DNA of 64,000 nucleotides from an uncultured Burkholderiales bacterium (GTDB lineage Bacteria; Pseudomonadota; Gammaproteobacteria; Burkholderiales; CAZDFJ01): NCBI GenBank assembly GCA_964504875.1, contig CAZDFJ010000001.1, positions 43,863 to 107,862 of the forward strand, read 5' to 3'. Shown piece by piece: positions 47,155 to 57,303 of this stretch (position 1 is its first letter; each line of letters starts with the position of its first letter). The notes under the pieces were generated by a model. It saw only the letters and a program-made list of their open reading frames with translations, ran no database searches and was not told where the DNA came from. The position numbers and the translations under genes were made by a program.

Positions 47155-47913
47155 GTGAACGAAACAACAGAAAAAGTTTTACAAGATCGCGTGATTTTAG
47201 TGACAGGCGCAGGACAGGGCATTGGGCGAACTGCCGCTTTAACTTTTGCAGCAGCCGGCGCAACAGTAATTTTATTAGGGCGCTCAGCGACTAAATTGGA
47301 AGCAGTCTATGATGAAATTATAGCAAAAGGCGGGCCCGAACCAATTTTTTTAAACATTGATTTAGCGCAGATGACGCAGCGCAGTTTTGAAGAGTTTGCC
47401 CATCGTGTTAAATTAGAACTTGGTAAAGTCGATGGAATTTTACATAATGCCGCCGCTTTTTATAATTTAGCGCCACTACATTTGCAAAATATAGAACAGT
47501 GGGAAAAGCTCATGCGTGTCAATGTGGTTGCCCCTTTTGCACTGAATCAAGCTTTTTTACCGCTGTTAAAATCTTCGCCAGATGCCGCAGTAATTTTAAC
47601 AGGAGAAACACACGGGCTAGAACCCAATGCTTTTTGGGGCGGTTTTGCGGTTTCAAATGGGGCCTTGTTAAACTATTTGAAAATTCAGGCCGCGGAATGG
47701 GAAATGTTTCCGAATTTACGCATTAACTTACTCGTTCCAGGAGCGGTACAATCCCCACAACGGGCTAAAACCCATCCTGGAGAAGTCCACGAAAATTTAC
47801 CTTTGCCTGAGGTTTTAATGGATGAGTATTTGTATTGGATGAGTGCCGCAAGCCGCGGACGGAGTGGCGAAATTATTGTTCTCAATGATCCAGAAGAATT
47901 CATTTCAGAATAA
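47155..47913 (+). CDS. YciK-like short-chain dehydrogenase/reductase with degenerate catalytic residues
   Basis: 252 aa, GTG start. Intact Rossmann VTGAGQGIGR and collinear with E. coli YciK. The catalytic YxxxK position reads FAVSN. Confidence 0.8.
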   Translation: MNETTEKVLQDRVILVTGAGQGIGRTAALTFAAAGATVILLGRSATKLEAVYDEIIAKGGPEPIFLNIDLAQMTQRSFEEFAHRVKLELGKVDGILHNAAAFYNLAPLHLQNIEQWEKLMRVNVVAPFALNQAFLPLLKSSPDAAVILTGETHGLEPNAFWGGFAVSNGALLNYLKIQAAEWEMFPNLRINLLVPGAVQSPQRAKTHPGEVHENLPLPEVLMDEYLYWMSAASRGRSGEIIVLNDPEEFISE

Positions 47914-47921
47914 ATTTTTTG

Positions 47922-47951
47922 AAAAAAAGAGCGAATCATTCGCTCTTTTTT
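47922..47951. terminator. bidirectional rho-independent terminator
   Basis: Stem AGAGCG (47928-47933) / CGCTCT (47941-47946), flanked by an A7 run and a T6 run. Confidence 0.75.
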
Positions 47952-47969
47952 GTGTGAATTAGTCAAAAA

Positions 47970-48698
47970 CTATTCCGCAGGACTTGGATGCCAAAAGACT
48001 TCTTGCACAGTTGGAAGACTGGCTAATTTTTCAACTAGATCATCCAAGTCATGGTGATCAATCGCGGTTTCCGCCCAGATTACTTTCATTTTAATTTCAT
48101 CATCACCCAAAGCATGAATACTTAAAGTATGACTTTGCTTTAATTCTTCTTCTAATAATGTCAAAATCTTCTTTTGATGCGATCTTTTTGTAATAACGTA
48201 AAGCGCGTTCGTTATTTCAACATCTTCCATGTTAATCGGTTCTCGATTAATCGCATTGGCAACAGGACGCAATAATGTATTTGCTAATAGAACAAAAATA
48301 GTGGCTAAAACGGCCTCTAAAATCAAATCGGCGCCCGCCGTGGCCCCAACCGCAGAAGAGCCCCACAATGTCGCCGCCGTATTCAGCCCCCGCACATTTC
48401 CTTCTTCCCGCATAATGACCCCCGCCCCCAAAAAACTCACGCCAGAAACCACATAAGCAACTACTTGAACTGCACCACTATTGCCTTGCAGACGATTTGC
48501 CAAATCCACAAAAATGGCAGAACCGACTGCAACTAAAACATTGGTTCGAAGGCCTGCTGTTCGTTGACGATATTGCCGTTCTAATCCAATTAATCCACCT
48601 AAGAAAAAAGCAGCGATCAAACTAATCAACGAATCTAATAATGCAGGAAAATCAATATGACTCATGATTTGCATAATATTTATACAGGAATAAAACAC
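47970..48698 (-). CDS. mgtC: MgtC/SapB-family membrane protein
   Basis: Carries …[30 protein letters not shown]…, four to five TM helices and a soluble ACT-like C-terminus. The start is uncertain because several in-frame ATGs lie near 48698-48663. Confidence 0.8.
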   Translation of the reverse strand: MFYSCINIMQIMSHIDFPALLDSLISLIAAFFLGGLIGLERQYRQRTAGLRTNVLVAVGSAIFVDLANRLQGNSGAVQVVAYVVSGVSFLGAGVIMREEGNVRGLNTAATLWGSSAVGATAGADLILEAVLATIFVLLANTLLRPVANAINREPINMEDVEITNALYVITKRSHQKKILTLLEEELKQSHTLSIHALGDDEIKMKVIWAETAIDHHDLDDLVEKLASLPTVQEVFWHPSPAE

Positions 48699-48721
48699 TA
48701 TTAGAAACAGGTTTTGTCTAA

Positions 48722-49507
48722 TTATTTGATAAAATTTAAGTCATAATGAATTGTAAGCGGGGCATGATCAGAAAAACGCGCAGCCCGATAGATCGATTCA
48801 GTTTGTGCGGTCGTCGCAAAGAGCTCCGTCCCAATGTGATAATCAATTCGCCAACCCGCATTATTTTCCCAGGCTTTTCCACGATTAGACCACCACGTGT
48901 ACTGTCCATCTTGCAGATTTAAATGCCGAAAAATATCATGATATCCTGCTGTAAATAACGTGCTCAACCATGTCCGTTCTTCTGGTAAAAAACCAGAATG
49001 ATCTAAATTACCCTTCCAGTTTTTAATATCTTTTTCAGTGTGGGCAATATTGACATCTCCACAGAGTAAAACCTCTCGCCCTTGCTGTTTTAAATAAATT
49101 AAATGGGGCAACATAGCCGATAAAAAACGCATTTTCGCTTCTTGACGCGCGGGCGCACTTGAACCTGACGGAAAATAAGCAGAAATGACACTGACCTGCT
49201 CAAAATCAAATTGTACATAGCGCCCTTCGCGGTGAAACTCTTCCCATATTGGATTTTCCCAACCAATCTGAATACGATGCGGTTGCAGACGGCTGTATAA
49301 AGCGACGCCGCTATAGCCTTTTTTTTCGGCATAGTGAAACCCCGCATGATAACCCAGCGGGTTGGCGACATCTTGCCCAACAGTCTCCGCTTGAATGCGA
49401 ATTTCTTGCAAACACAAAAAATCAGGTTGTTCTTGATTGATCCAATCCCAGAAGCCTTTTTTATGAGCGGCTCTTAAACCATTTACATTGGCTGTAATAA
49501 TTTTCAT
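48722..49507 (-). CDS. xthA: exodeoxyribonuclease III
   Basis: [14 protein letters not shown]…FLCLQE…GDVNIAH…WRIDY…SDHAPL, which are EEP-family catalytic motifs. Confidence 0.95.
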   Translation of the reverse strand: MKIITANVNGLRAAHKKGFWDWINQEQPDFLCLQEIRIQAETVGQDVANPLGYHAGFHYAEKKGYSGVALYSRLQPHRIQIGWENPIWEEFHREGRYVQFDFEQVSVISAYFPSGSSAPARQEAKMRFLSAMLPHLIYLKQQGREVLLCGDVNIAHTEKDIKNWKGNLDHSGFLPEERTWLSTLFTAGYHDIFRHLNLQDGQYTWWSNRGKAWENNAGWRIDYHIGTELFATTAQTESIYRAARFSDHAPLTIHYDLNFIK

Positions 49508-49541
49508 TATGAATCACTGTTTAAATTATTTTTTGTTTCAT

Positions 49542-49574
49542 AAAAAAAGGCTTCCCGATTCGAGAAGCCTTTTT
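49542..49574 (-). terminator. rho-independent terminator after the Rieske oxygenase gene
   Basis: Stem GGCTTC (49549-49554) / GAAGCC (49564-49569). The A7 run on the plus strand is a T-run on the transcribed strand. Confidence 0.7.
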
Positions 49575-49591
49575 GTCGCATGATTTAAAAC

Positions 49592-50722
49592 TTATTTAAT
49601 ATTTTTTTTTGCCAATTCACGACGCATAAACTCATGAAAATGTAACATGCCATCTTCGGTTGGCGTTTGGTATGGACCCACTTCGTTAATGCCTTGCTCA
49701 AACAAAGCGCGCCGGCCTTGTTGCATCCGATCGCAAATATCACGATCTTCAACAGCCGTTTCCATATAAGCAGCTTGCTCTGCCTTAATAAAATCTGGCT
49801 CAAACAATAAAATATCTTCAGGATAGTAAAATTCAACGACATTTAAGCAACTATCTACCCCTGTTGGGATAATTGAACTAATCACAAGACTATGTGGATA
49901 CCATTCAATCATAATATTTGGCAAATACAAAAACCATACTGCGCCGTGCTTAGAAGGCAATTTGCCGCTATTATAATTCAAAACAGTTTCTTGCCAGTTA
50001 CCATAAACTTGTGATCCAGATTTGCGGAGTTCGTTTGCATAACCTACTGTTTGCACACTAAAACGATCGCTAAATTGCCAACGTAAATTATCACAATCCA
50101 CAAAATTGCCTAAGCCAGGGTGGAAAGGAACCACATGATAATCTTCTAGATACACTTCAATAAAGGCTTTCCAGTTAATATCATAATGATCAACCACTGT
50201 ACTATGATAACGATAATCTGCAAAATTGAAGTAAGCAGCAATTTCTGGATCCAGCGTTTTTAAATCTTCCGCAACATTGCGATCCCCTGCAAAGAGCAAG
50301 CCATTCCAGTTTTCCAATTTGTTGCGCTTCAAATTGAGGCAAGGTTTGTTTGGAAAATGTGGTGCGCCAATCAGTTCGCCAGACAAATTATAAGTCCAGC
50401 GATGCAGCGGACAAACAATATTTTCCGTATGCCCTCGCCCTTTTAGCATAATTGCTTGACGATGTCGGCATACATTGCTGAGAAGCTCAATCTCGTTTTG
50501 CGCATTGTGCGTAATGACTTTTGCTTCCTTCATCCAATCCAAGACGTGATAATCGCCTGCATTGGGTACCATATGCGCATGGCCAACATACTGAATGCCG
50601 GGGTTAAATAAAAGATCTAATTCCGCCTGATAAATTTCTGGATCAAAATACCAGTTAATTGGTAATTGCGTAGCGTAAGTTTGCAAAGCTGAGGTATCCG
50701 TCAAACTGGTCATATGACACAA
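49592..50722 (-). CDS. Rieske [2Fe-2S] non-haem-iron oxygenase, alpha-subunit-like
   Basis: 376 aa. Rieske motif CRH-x16-CPLH and a mononuclear-iron motif region LEDYHVVPFH. No beta subunit or reductase gene is adjacent. Confidence 0.85.
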   Translation of the reverse strand: MCHMTSLTDTSALQTYATQLPINWYFDPEIYQAELDLLFNPGIQYVGHAHMVPNAGDYHVLDWMKEAKVITHNAQNEIELLSNVCRHRQAIMLKGRGHTENIVCPLHRWTYNLSGELIGAPHFPNKPCLNLKRNKLENWNGLLFAGDRNVAEDLKTLDPEIAAYFNFADYRYHSTVVDHYDINWKAFIEVYLEDYHVVPFHPGLGNFVDCDNLRWQFSDRFSVQTVGYANELRKSGSQVYGNWQETVLNYNSGKLPSKHGAVWFLYLPNIMIEWYPHSLVISSIIPTGVDSCLNVVEFYYPEDILLFEPDFIKAEQAAYMETAVEDRDICDRMQQGRRALFEQGINEVGPYQTPTEDGMLHFHEFMRRELAKKNIK

Positions 50723-51248
50723 TCCCCATCCGTAAAATAAATAAAGTTATACGTTATTAAAAGAATGAAGCGAAATATTCGCTTGCTGCCCGATTTCATT
50801 ATCATATGATGGCTCTTTCTTTTTTTGCCAATCATGGCATATTTTATTTCATAATGACGCTGAAAATTTAAAAAAGCCGATATATAACGCTGAAAACTTT
50901 TTATTATTTGTTTTTTACAAAAAAACTTTTTTTTGGATAATTAAATTAAAATATTTAAAATTTTCTTGTAAAAAATTATTTATGTATAATCAATAATATA
51001 AATGAACCCATAAAAAATCAAGTCAATCCTATTGATATTAGCTAAAACAGAAATAAAAATTTGGATTAATAACTACATAAAAAAGATATCATACTACAAT
51101 TTTAAGATAAATAAATCCTAAATCAAGGAAAACAAGGAAAAATAACTTTTTTTTGGAGGAAATGCAAGAAATTTGATCTGACTTCAAACAAAGAGTGAGA
51201 GAATAACGCAGAAATTTCACAAAAATATGAATTTTTTGTGAAAACAAG

Positions 51249-51322
51249 TGGAGCGGGTGATGGGAATCGAACCCACGTCTAAAGCTTGGGAAGCTTTCAT
51301 TCTACCATTGAACTACACCCGC
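51249..51322 (-). tRNA. tRNA-Gly (anticodon CCC)
   Basis: The reverse complement reads GCGGGTGTAGTTCAATGGTAGAATGAAAGCTTCCCAAGCTTTAGACGTGGGTTCGATTCCCATCACCCGCTCCA. It folds as a cloverleaf with a 7-bp acceptor stem, anticodon loop TTCCCAA, a GTTCGATTC T-arm and an encoded CCA. Confidence 0.95.
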
Positions 51323-51400
51323 ACTTGGGAAGAGCATTTGAAATTTTGCCCTAAAATGTGTATTATATAAAAAATTTTAAAGAAGTCAAGAGAATGTGTT

Positions 51401-51604
51401 ATGAAATTAATCATTAACAACGAAGAGAAACACTTTGCCGAGGACACGTTAACCCTTTTTCAGTTGATTCAGCAGCTTGATTTAGGAGGAAAACGGATCG
51501 CAATTGAACGAAATGGCGAGATTGTGCCGAAATCTTTATTTGAAACAACTATACTGGCAGAGCACGATCAACTTGAAATTATTACCGCAGTAGGAGGAGG
51601 TTAA
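51401..51604 (+). CDS. thiS: ThiS/MoaD-type sulfur-carrier protein
   Basis: 67 aa with a beta-grasp pattern, ending in …ITAVGGG (C-terminal Gly-Gly). Confidence 0.75.
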   Translation: MKLIINNEEKHFAEDTLTLFQLIQQLDLGGKRIAIERNGEIVPKSLFETTILAEHDQLEIITAVGGG

Positions 51605-51605
51605 A

Positions 51606-52382
51606 ATGGCGTTGGCAAAACGCATTATTCCATGTTTAGATGTCACCCGTGGACGAGTTGTGAAAGGGGTAAATTTTGTCGGATTGCGTGATGCGGGAGA
51701 CCCTGTTGAGGTCGCCCGTCGTTATGATGCACAGGGTGCCGACGAACTAACTTTCTTAGATATTACGGCAAGTAGCGACGATCGTGATCTCATTTTACAT
51801 ATTATCGAAAAAGTTGCGGAACAAGTTTTTATTCCTCTAACAGTAGGCGGGGGCGTCCGTAGCGTTGAAGATGTCCGGCGTTTATTGAATGCCGGGGCAG
51901 ATAAAGTCAGTATTAATACGGCCGCAATTCATAATCCTCAATTAGTCGCAGATGCCGCAGGCCGTTTCGGCTCGCAATGTATTGTGATTGCAATTGATGC
52001 TAAACAAGTTTCCACACCAGACGAAACGCCGCGTTGGGAAATTTTTACCCATGGCGGACGTAAACCAACGGGTATTGACGCCATTGCTTGGGCCGAAAAA
52101 ATGGTTGGCTTGGGTGCGGGAGAAATTTTACTCACCAGTATGGATCGGGACGGCACAAAAAATGGTTTTGATTTAAGACTGACGCGGGCCGTTTCAGATG
52201 CTGTCAATGTACCGGTTATTGCAAGTGGCGGGGTGGGCAACTTAGACCATTTAGCTGATGGGATTTTAACAGGTCGGGCGGATGCTGTGCTGGCTGCGAG
52301 TATTTTTCACTATGGCGAATATACTGTCAATGATGTGAAACATTATCTCAGTCAAAAAGGCATTGAAGTACGTTTGACTTAA
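51606..52382 (+). CDS. hisF: imidazole glycerol phosphate synthase cyclase subunit
   Basis: [13 protein letters not shown]…VVKGVNF…[13 protein letters not shown]…SGGVG…, collinear with E. coli HisF. Confidence 0.95.
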   Translation: MALAKRIIPCLDVTRGRVVKGVNFVGLRDAGDPVEVARRYDAQGADELTFLDITASSDDRDLILHIIEKVAEQVFIPLTVGGGVRSVEDVRRLLNAGADKVSINTAAIHNPQLVADAAGRFGSQCIVIAIDAKQVSTPDETPRWEIFTHGGRKPTGIDAIAWAEKMVGLGAGEILLTSMDRDGTKNGFDLRLTRAVSDAVNVPVIASGGVGNLDHLADGILTGRADAVLAASIFHYGEYTVNDVKHYLSQKGIEVRLT

Positions 52383-52420
52383 TTGGCTTGCTCTTCAATT
52401 AGGTATCCCCTCACACAAAA

Positions 52421-52450
52421 AGAACGTGGTCTCTGTACCACGTTCTTTTT
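52421..52450 (+). terminator. rho-independent terminator
   Basis: Stem AGAACGTGGT (52421-52430) / ACCACGTTCT (52437-52446), followed by a T-run. Confidence 0.85.
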
Positions 52451-52507
52451 ATTATAGAAAACAATTTTAATATTTTATTACTGCAATAAATAGAAAGGAT
52501 TGCTTAG

Positions 52508-53140
52508 ATGAATGCTTATGTCGTCGGCGTCACCGGAGGAATTGGTTGCGGAAAAACAACCGTGGTCAATCTTTTTGCTGAGAAAAAAATTGACATTATT
52601 GATACTGATGTGATTGCTCATACCCTCACGCATCCTAATGGACAGGGACTCAAACAGATTGTCGAAACGTTTGGTGAAAAAGTTTTATATGCCGATGGGA
52701 CATTAAACCGTGCCGCTTTACGTGACATTGTTTTTCAACAACCTGAGGCGAAAAAAAAACTGGAAGCGATTTTACATCCTTTAATTCGTGAGACTGTCAG
52801 ACAGCAATACGAACAAGTCCAGTCTCCTTATGTTTTAATTGTCATTCCACTTTTATTTGAAACGAATGCTTACCCTGACTTAATTCAACGCCGTTTAGTG
52901 ATCGATTGCGCAGAAGAAACTCAAATCCAACGAGTCATGGCGCGCAATCAAATGACGCGGGAACAAGTTTTAGCGATTATGGCCACACAAGTCAGCCGGA
53001 CTGAACGGCAACAACGTGCTAACGATATCATTCTGAATGAAGGAAATTTGAACGCATTGCCTGAACAAGTAAATCGTCTTCACGACTATTATCTTCAATG
53101 TGCCCATCATAATGTCTCTGATTATTCTAAAAAGCTTTAA
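52508..53140 (+). CDS. coaE: dephospho-CoA kinase
   Basis: P-loop GVTGGIGCGKTT. Size is typical of the family and the gene is adjacent to zapD. Confidence 0.9.
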   Translation: MNAYVVGVTGGIGCGKTTVVNLFAEKKIDIIDTDVIAHTLTHPNGQGLKQIVETFGEKVLYADGTLNRAALRDIVFQQPEAKKKLEAILHPLIRETVRQQYEQVQSPYVLIVIPLLFETNAYPDLIQRRLVIDCAEETQIQRVMARNQMTREQVLAIMATQVSRTERQQRANDIILNEGNLNALPEQVNRLHDYYLQCAHHNVSDYSKKL

Positions 53141-53143
53141 TTT

Positions 53144-53926
53144 ATGGCATCAAAAGACTCTATTGATTATGAATTTCCTTTAAACGAACGCACCCGTCTC
53201 TTTTTAAGGATTGAAGAAGTTTTTAACCGGATTAATCATTTTTTTGCCCAATCTCATTCCCAAGAGCATCACATTGTGATGCTCTTACTTATTGAATTAA
53301 CAGAACTTTGTCAACGCGCCGATCTGAAAGCTGAATTATTAATGACTTTAGATTATCAAGCGAATCAATTCACTACGTATCTCCATCACCCATTAGTTGA
53401 TCAGAATTTACTCAATACACTGTTGCAAGAAATACACACTGTTCAACACGAATTGATTAATTCAATTGGTATTTTTGGACAAGATATTAGACAAAATGAT
53501 ATGATTACCTCATTGAAAAAACGAAGTGTTTTAATAGGTGGTCCTGCTACATTTGATATTCCTATTTATCATCATTGGCTGAATCGTTCCGCTGAAGAGC
53601 GTTATTCTTACTTACTCGATTTAATTGGGACATTTAAACCTTTATATGAAGCCATTCGGATTGTTTTACGCCTTTTGCGCAGCGCTCCAAAAATGATTAC
53701 TTATTCAAGCAATCAAAATGGCTATTTTGAATATACATTAGCAGGACAAATGGTAGATTTATTGTCCGTTCGGATGAATCAATCTGAAAGTTTTTTCCCC
53801 GATTTAAGTGCAAATAAATATTGCGCCACGATCCAATTTATGCACATTAACTCGGAAAGCCATTTAGTAAAATATCAAGAACAAATTGCATTTAAACTAG
53901 TTCTATACCAACTATATGAACGTTGA
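53144..53926 (+). CDS. zapD: cell-division protein ZapD (YacF)
   Basis: 260 aa. YEFPLNERTRLFLRIEEVF… is collinear with E. coli ZapD (FEHPLNEKMRTWLRIEFL…). The coaE-zapD synteny is conserved. Confidence 0.85.
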   Translation: MASKDSIDYEFPLNERTRLFLRIEEVFNRINHFFAQSHSQEHHIVMLLLIELTELCQRADLKAELLMTLDYQANQFTTYLHHPLVDQNLLNTLLQEIHTVQHELINSIGIFGQDIRQNDMITSLKKRSVLIGGPATFDIPIYHHWLNRSAEERYSYLLDLIGTFKPLYEAIRIVLRLLRSAPKMITYSSNQNGYFEYTLAGQMVDLLSVRMNQSESFFPDLSANKYCATIQFMHINSESHLVKYQEQIAFKLVLYQLYER

Positions 53927-53952
53927 AAAAAGCTCATTGTGTGGAGAAAAAA

Positions 53953-55182
53953 ATGCCATTTTTTTATTACAAAGCATTAGACAAAAACGGTAAAATTACT
54001 CAGCAAAAAATGGATTTTCCTCATATTGAGGCGCTCCGCACCTATCTTGAACAAACAGAACACACGCTGTTAGAATATCGCGTTCTTTCTCAAAAACAGG
54101 TTCAATTCACGCTTTTTTTTCGCCGTTTTTTTTTCGCTTCGCAACCACATCTAGCTTTTTTAATAGATTTTTGTTTTTATTTGGCACATAGTGTGCAAGC
54201 AGGCATCCCTTTATTACAATCTCTTTCTCATTTTCAGCGGGCACTTTCTCATCACTCCCCCTTTCATCCTATTCTTTTGCATTTAATTCATTTTATTCAA
54301 CAAGGCCTAAGTTTTTCCCATAGCTTAAGTCAATATCCACAATATTTCCCGCCAATAATGGTTGCACTCGTCAAAACAGGCGAAAAAAGCGGAACATTAA
54401 CTTCCGTTTTATTTCAACTATATGAGACACTACAATGGCGTTTTACATTTAAGAATAAACTGAAACAAAATTTGCTTTATCCAATTTTGACACTTATTAT
54501 TGTCACTATTTTACTTGTTTTTCTTTTTTATGTTGTTATCCCCGAATTAGTTTTATTTTTAGATCAATTACATATTCCCTTACCTCTTTCCACACGCTTA
54601 CTTATTTATACTACGCGTTTTGTTCAAAATTATGGTTTTTATTTGCTTTGTTCTTTTATCATATTTCTTATTACTTTTCATTTTCTTTACCATACACAAG
54701 ATTTGTTTAGAAAACAATTCGATAAATTTCTTTTAAGCCTCAAAGGCATTGGATCATTTTTATATGCTTACACAATGACACAACTCTTTCATACCTTGCG
54801 CTTAACTTATACCGCAGGAATTCCACTGATTGAAGGGTTGCAGCTGGCTGAACAAACCATTTCCAATACTTTTTTGAAGAAAAAAATAGCGTTTATTTAC
54901 ACTGCTCTTGAGCAAGGTCTATCCCTTTCGGAAAGCTTTGAAAGGAGCCAATTATTACCTCATACTCATTTTGCATTCATTCAAATGGGGGAACAAACAG
55001 GGGAACTTGAACACGGATTAATGGGAATTGAAATATATTATAAAGCTATTTTTGAGGCGAAAGGAGACGTATTAATTAAGCTTATTGAGCCTATTTTAAC
55101 AATTTTTATTGGAATTATCTTAATTTGGATTATTTTTGCTATTTTTGTCCCACTTTATTCTAATTTTTCAAAAATGATATAA
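53953..55182 (+). CDS. GspF/PilC-family inner-membrane platform protein (type II secretion / type IV pilus)
   Basis: MPFFYYKALDKNGK… N-terminus and two repeats of the family motif (VKTGEKSGTLTSVL and IQMGEQTGELEHGL), each followed by TM helices. ATG 53953 has a GGAG RBS; the track TTG at 53923 overlaps the zapD stop. Confidence 0.8.
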   Translation: MPFFYYKALDKNGKITQQKMDFPHIEALRTYLEQTEHTLLEYRVLSQKQVQFTLFFRRFFFASQPHLAFLIDFCFYLAHSVQAGIPLLQSLSHFQRALSHHSPFHPILLHLIHFIQQGLSFSHSLSQYPQYFPPIMVALVKTGEKSGTLTSVLFQLYETLQWRFTFKNKLKQNLLYPILTLIIVTILLVFLFYVVIPELVLFLDQLHIPLPLSTRLLIYTTRFVQNYGFYLLCSFIIFLITFHFLYHTQDLFRKQFDKFLLSLKGIGSFLYAYTMTQLFHTLRLTYTAGIPLIEGLQLAEQTISNTFLKKKIAFIYTALEQGLSLSESFERSQLLPHTHFAFIQMGEQTGELEHGLMGIEIYYKAIFEAKGDVLIKLIEPILTIFIGIILIWIIFAIFVPLYSNFSKMI

Positions 55183-55184
55183 AA

Positions 55185-56666
55185 ATGAATTTATTCTCTC
55201 AGAAAAATCAGCCAGATTTACTTCTTTATTTAGGTGAAGAACAAGCTCAACTTTATCAATATGAAGAAAATACGATTCATTTATTGCAAACAGTGGCCAC
55301 TTCTGCCCCAAATAGACTCATTTTGCCACATTCTAAAAATGAAAATTGTCCTTTATCTTTATCAATAGTCACGAATTTGAGCAGTGAAACATATGAAATT
55401 CATGCGTTGCCATTATTGAAATCACGCGATATGTCTTTGTTTATTAAACAAAAATTACAAAAAATATTTATTAAGCAATCATACAGCCTTGCTTTTAATT
55501 TGGATACGCCAACAAAAAAACAAGAAAACAAAATTAATCCGACAAAAAATTATTTACTAGCATCATTAATGGCAGAGGAACTCATTGTTAAATGGATGAA
55601 TTTTTTTGATGAAAATAATATTGTTCTTATGGGCGTGCATACGCTTTCACTTTGGATTACTGAGCATTTTATATCGGATTTAAAACAAAAAGAACAGGCG
55701 AGCATTTGTTACCTTACACCTGATCACTTTTTTAATTTTATATATATTCAAAAAGGAAAATTATATTTTTCTAGAAAAATACCATTTAATTTAGAAAATC
55801 AGGATTTAAATCAAGAATTAGATAAAACTTTAAGTTTTATGATCAATCATCATGGACATCTTCGCATTGATATAACGCACGATTTGCCTTTATTTATTTT
55901 TGATACTACATTAATTCAGATACAGAAAGAAGATAACCTAACTGAAAAAATTTCACATTATTCACTTGATTTAAAAAGAATTTTTACTTTTTTTAAAGTA
56001 AAAAAACCAGAACATCAATTCGCCCCAGCAAATGCATTACAACGCCAATTTGCCCAAAAAATGAAACAACGCTCAAAACAGGGGCTTCTTTTTGGTTGTT
56101 CATTTTTCATTTTATGTAATCTAGGTCTTTTTTGGTTATGGCATACACAAAAAAATGAGTTTTTTGTGCTAGAAAAAAGTTTTCAACAAAAAGAGCAGGA
56201 TTTAAATATTACTCGTGAAAACAACATGATTCCGCCTGAACAAAATAATCCTCATCTCTTAATTCATCAAATTCAGCTTTTCAAACAGGTTGAGGAGTTT
56301 CAGAAAAAATTTTTTAAAAACTTTGAATTACTCTATCGTTTTTCACAAATTTTTGGGGATTTTTCATCACAGGCCAGTATTAGAAAATTAGAATGGGAAC
56401 GCCCGACTCCTCGAATCCCTCAATCATTTCTCAGAATCACTGCAGTACGCTTACAACCTGCTCCAACAATCGAAATGGAAACTCAAGCAATTTTATCTTT
56501 TATTGCCCACTTCGAACAAGCAGCAAGAAAAGATCATTTATTAATTCATACTGAAAAATTGCCTTTAGCACTCCAATCCTCACTAGAAATTAAGAAAGAT
56601 CCTGTCATTAACACGACTAAATCCCAGAAAAAAAATTATTTTACGGTGCGTCTAACAAATGAATAA
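55185..56666 (+). CDS. bitopic membrane protein, MshI / PilM-PilN-fusion-like (tentative)
   Basis: 493 aa. About 330-aa cytoplasmic part, a single TM (LLFGCSFFILCNLGLFWLW) and about 150-aa periplasmic part. The assignment rests on size, topology and position after gspF-like, not on recognised motifs. Confidence 0.4.
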   Translation: MNLFSQKNQPDLLLYLGEEQAQLYQYEENTIHLLQTVATSAPNRLILPHSKNENCPLSLSIVTNLSSETYEIHALPLLKSRDMSLFIKQKLQKIFIKQSYSLAFNLDTPTKKQENKINPTKNYLLASLMAEELIVKWMNFFDENNIVLMGVHTLSLWITEHFISDLKQKEQASICYLTPDHFFNFIYIQKGKLYFSRKIPFNLENQDLNQELDKTLSFMINHHGHLRIDITHDLPLFIFDTTLIQIQKEDNLTEKISHYSLDLKRIFTFFKVKKPEHQFAPANALQRQFAQKMKQRSKQGLLFGCSFFILCNLGLFWLWHTQKNEFFVLEKSFQQKEQDLNITRENNMIPPEQNNPHLLIHQIQLFKQVEEFQKKFFKNFELLYRFSQIFGDFSSQASIRKLEWERPTPRIPQSFLRITAVRLQPAPTIEMETQAILSFIAHFEQAARKDHLLIHTEKLPLALQSSLEIKKDPVINTTKSQKKNYFTVRLTNE

Positions 56667-57303
56667 CGTTCATTCATTTTTTAAAAAATGGAGCTCTATC
56701 CATTATTTTTTATTAACTTTCCTTATTTTATTAATTTTTTTATTTTTATACATAATTTATTTATTTTATGAAGAAAATCAAAAAATAACACAATATCAGG
56801 TTTTAATTTCTCAACTAGATTTACAACATGCTGAGATTACAAAACAACAAAAAGAATGGAAAAAAGTTTCTGATACTTATCAAAAAATGAAGGATTTTCA
56901 ATTATTTATACCAGAAAAACGACTTGTTTGGATAGAAAAAACGCAAAATATTGCCCTTTCTTTAGGCGGCTCTGATTTTCAATATACGTTAAAACCTCAG
57001 AAAAAACTTTTATTGCCTGCCACACTTGTACCTCGTCCACAAAAAACAAAAATTTATGCAACGCATATGATCTTGAAGTTTTTTATTCCTCAGGAGGAAA
57101 TTTTAATTCGTTTTGTTCATGCCTTAAATCAGGCAAAAATTGGCTATTTCTTAGTCAAAAAATATACATTAGAACGGACTCATTCGACTGCATTGACTCT
57201 CATATTAGAGCTAGAATGGCTTAATTTTTATGAAGAAAAATCAGAAACAGAGACAAATCATCTCTTGCAAAAAAAGGAAAATATAGATGAAGAATCTATT
57301 TAA
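56659..57303 (+). CDS. bitopic membrane protein, PilO/MshJ/GspM-like (tentative)
   Basis: 214 aa. N-terminal TM (YFLLTFLILLIFLFLYIIYLF) followed by a predicted coiled segment. Overlaps the upstream gene by 8 nt. Confidence 0.4.
   Translation: MNNVHSFFKKWSSIHYFLLTFLILLIFLFLYIIYLFYEENQKITQYQVLISQLDLQHAEITKQQKEWKKVSDTYQKMKDFQLFIPEKRLVWIEKTQNIALSLGGSDFQYTLKPQKKLLLPATLVPRPQKTKIYATHMILKFFIPQEEILIRFVHALNQAKIGYFLVKKYTLERTHSTALTLILELEWLNFYEEKSETETNHLLQKKENIDEESI

Noticed and set aside
50723-51322. tRNA-Gly(CCC) plus the adjacent 525-bp AT-rich gap as a genomic-island integration site.
   Set aside because: I found no integrase, no direct repeat of the tRNA 3' end and no mobile-element genes on either side. 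The flanking genes (Rieske oxygenase, thiS-hisF) look chromosomal.
51323-51400. A TPP (THI-box) riboswitch upstream of thiS.
   Set aside because: Only 78 nt are available. I see no CUGAGA core and no pairing typical of the THI element.
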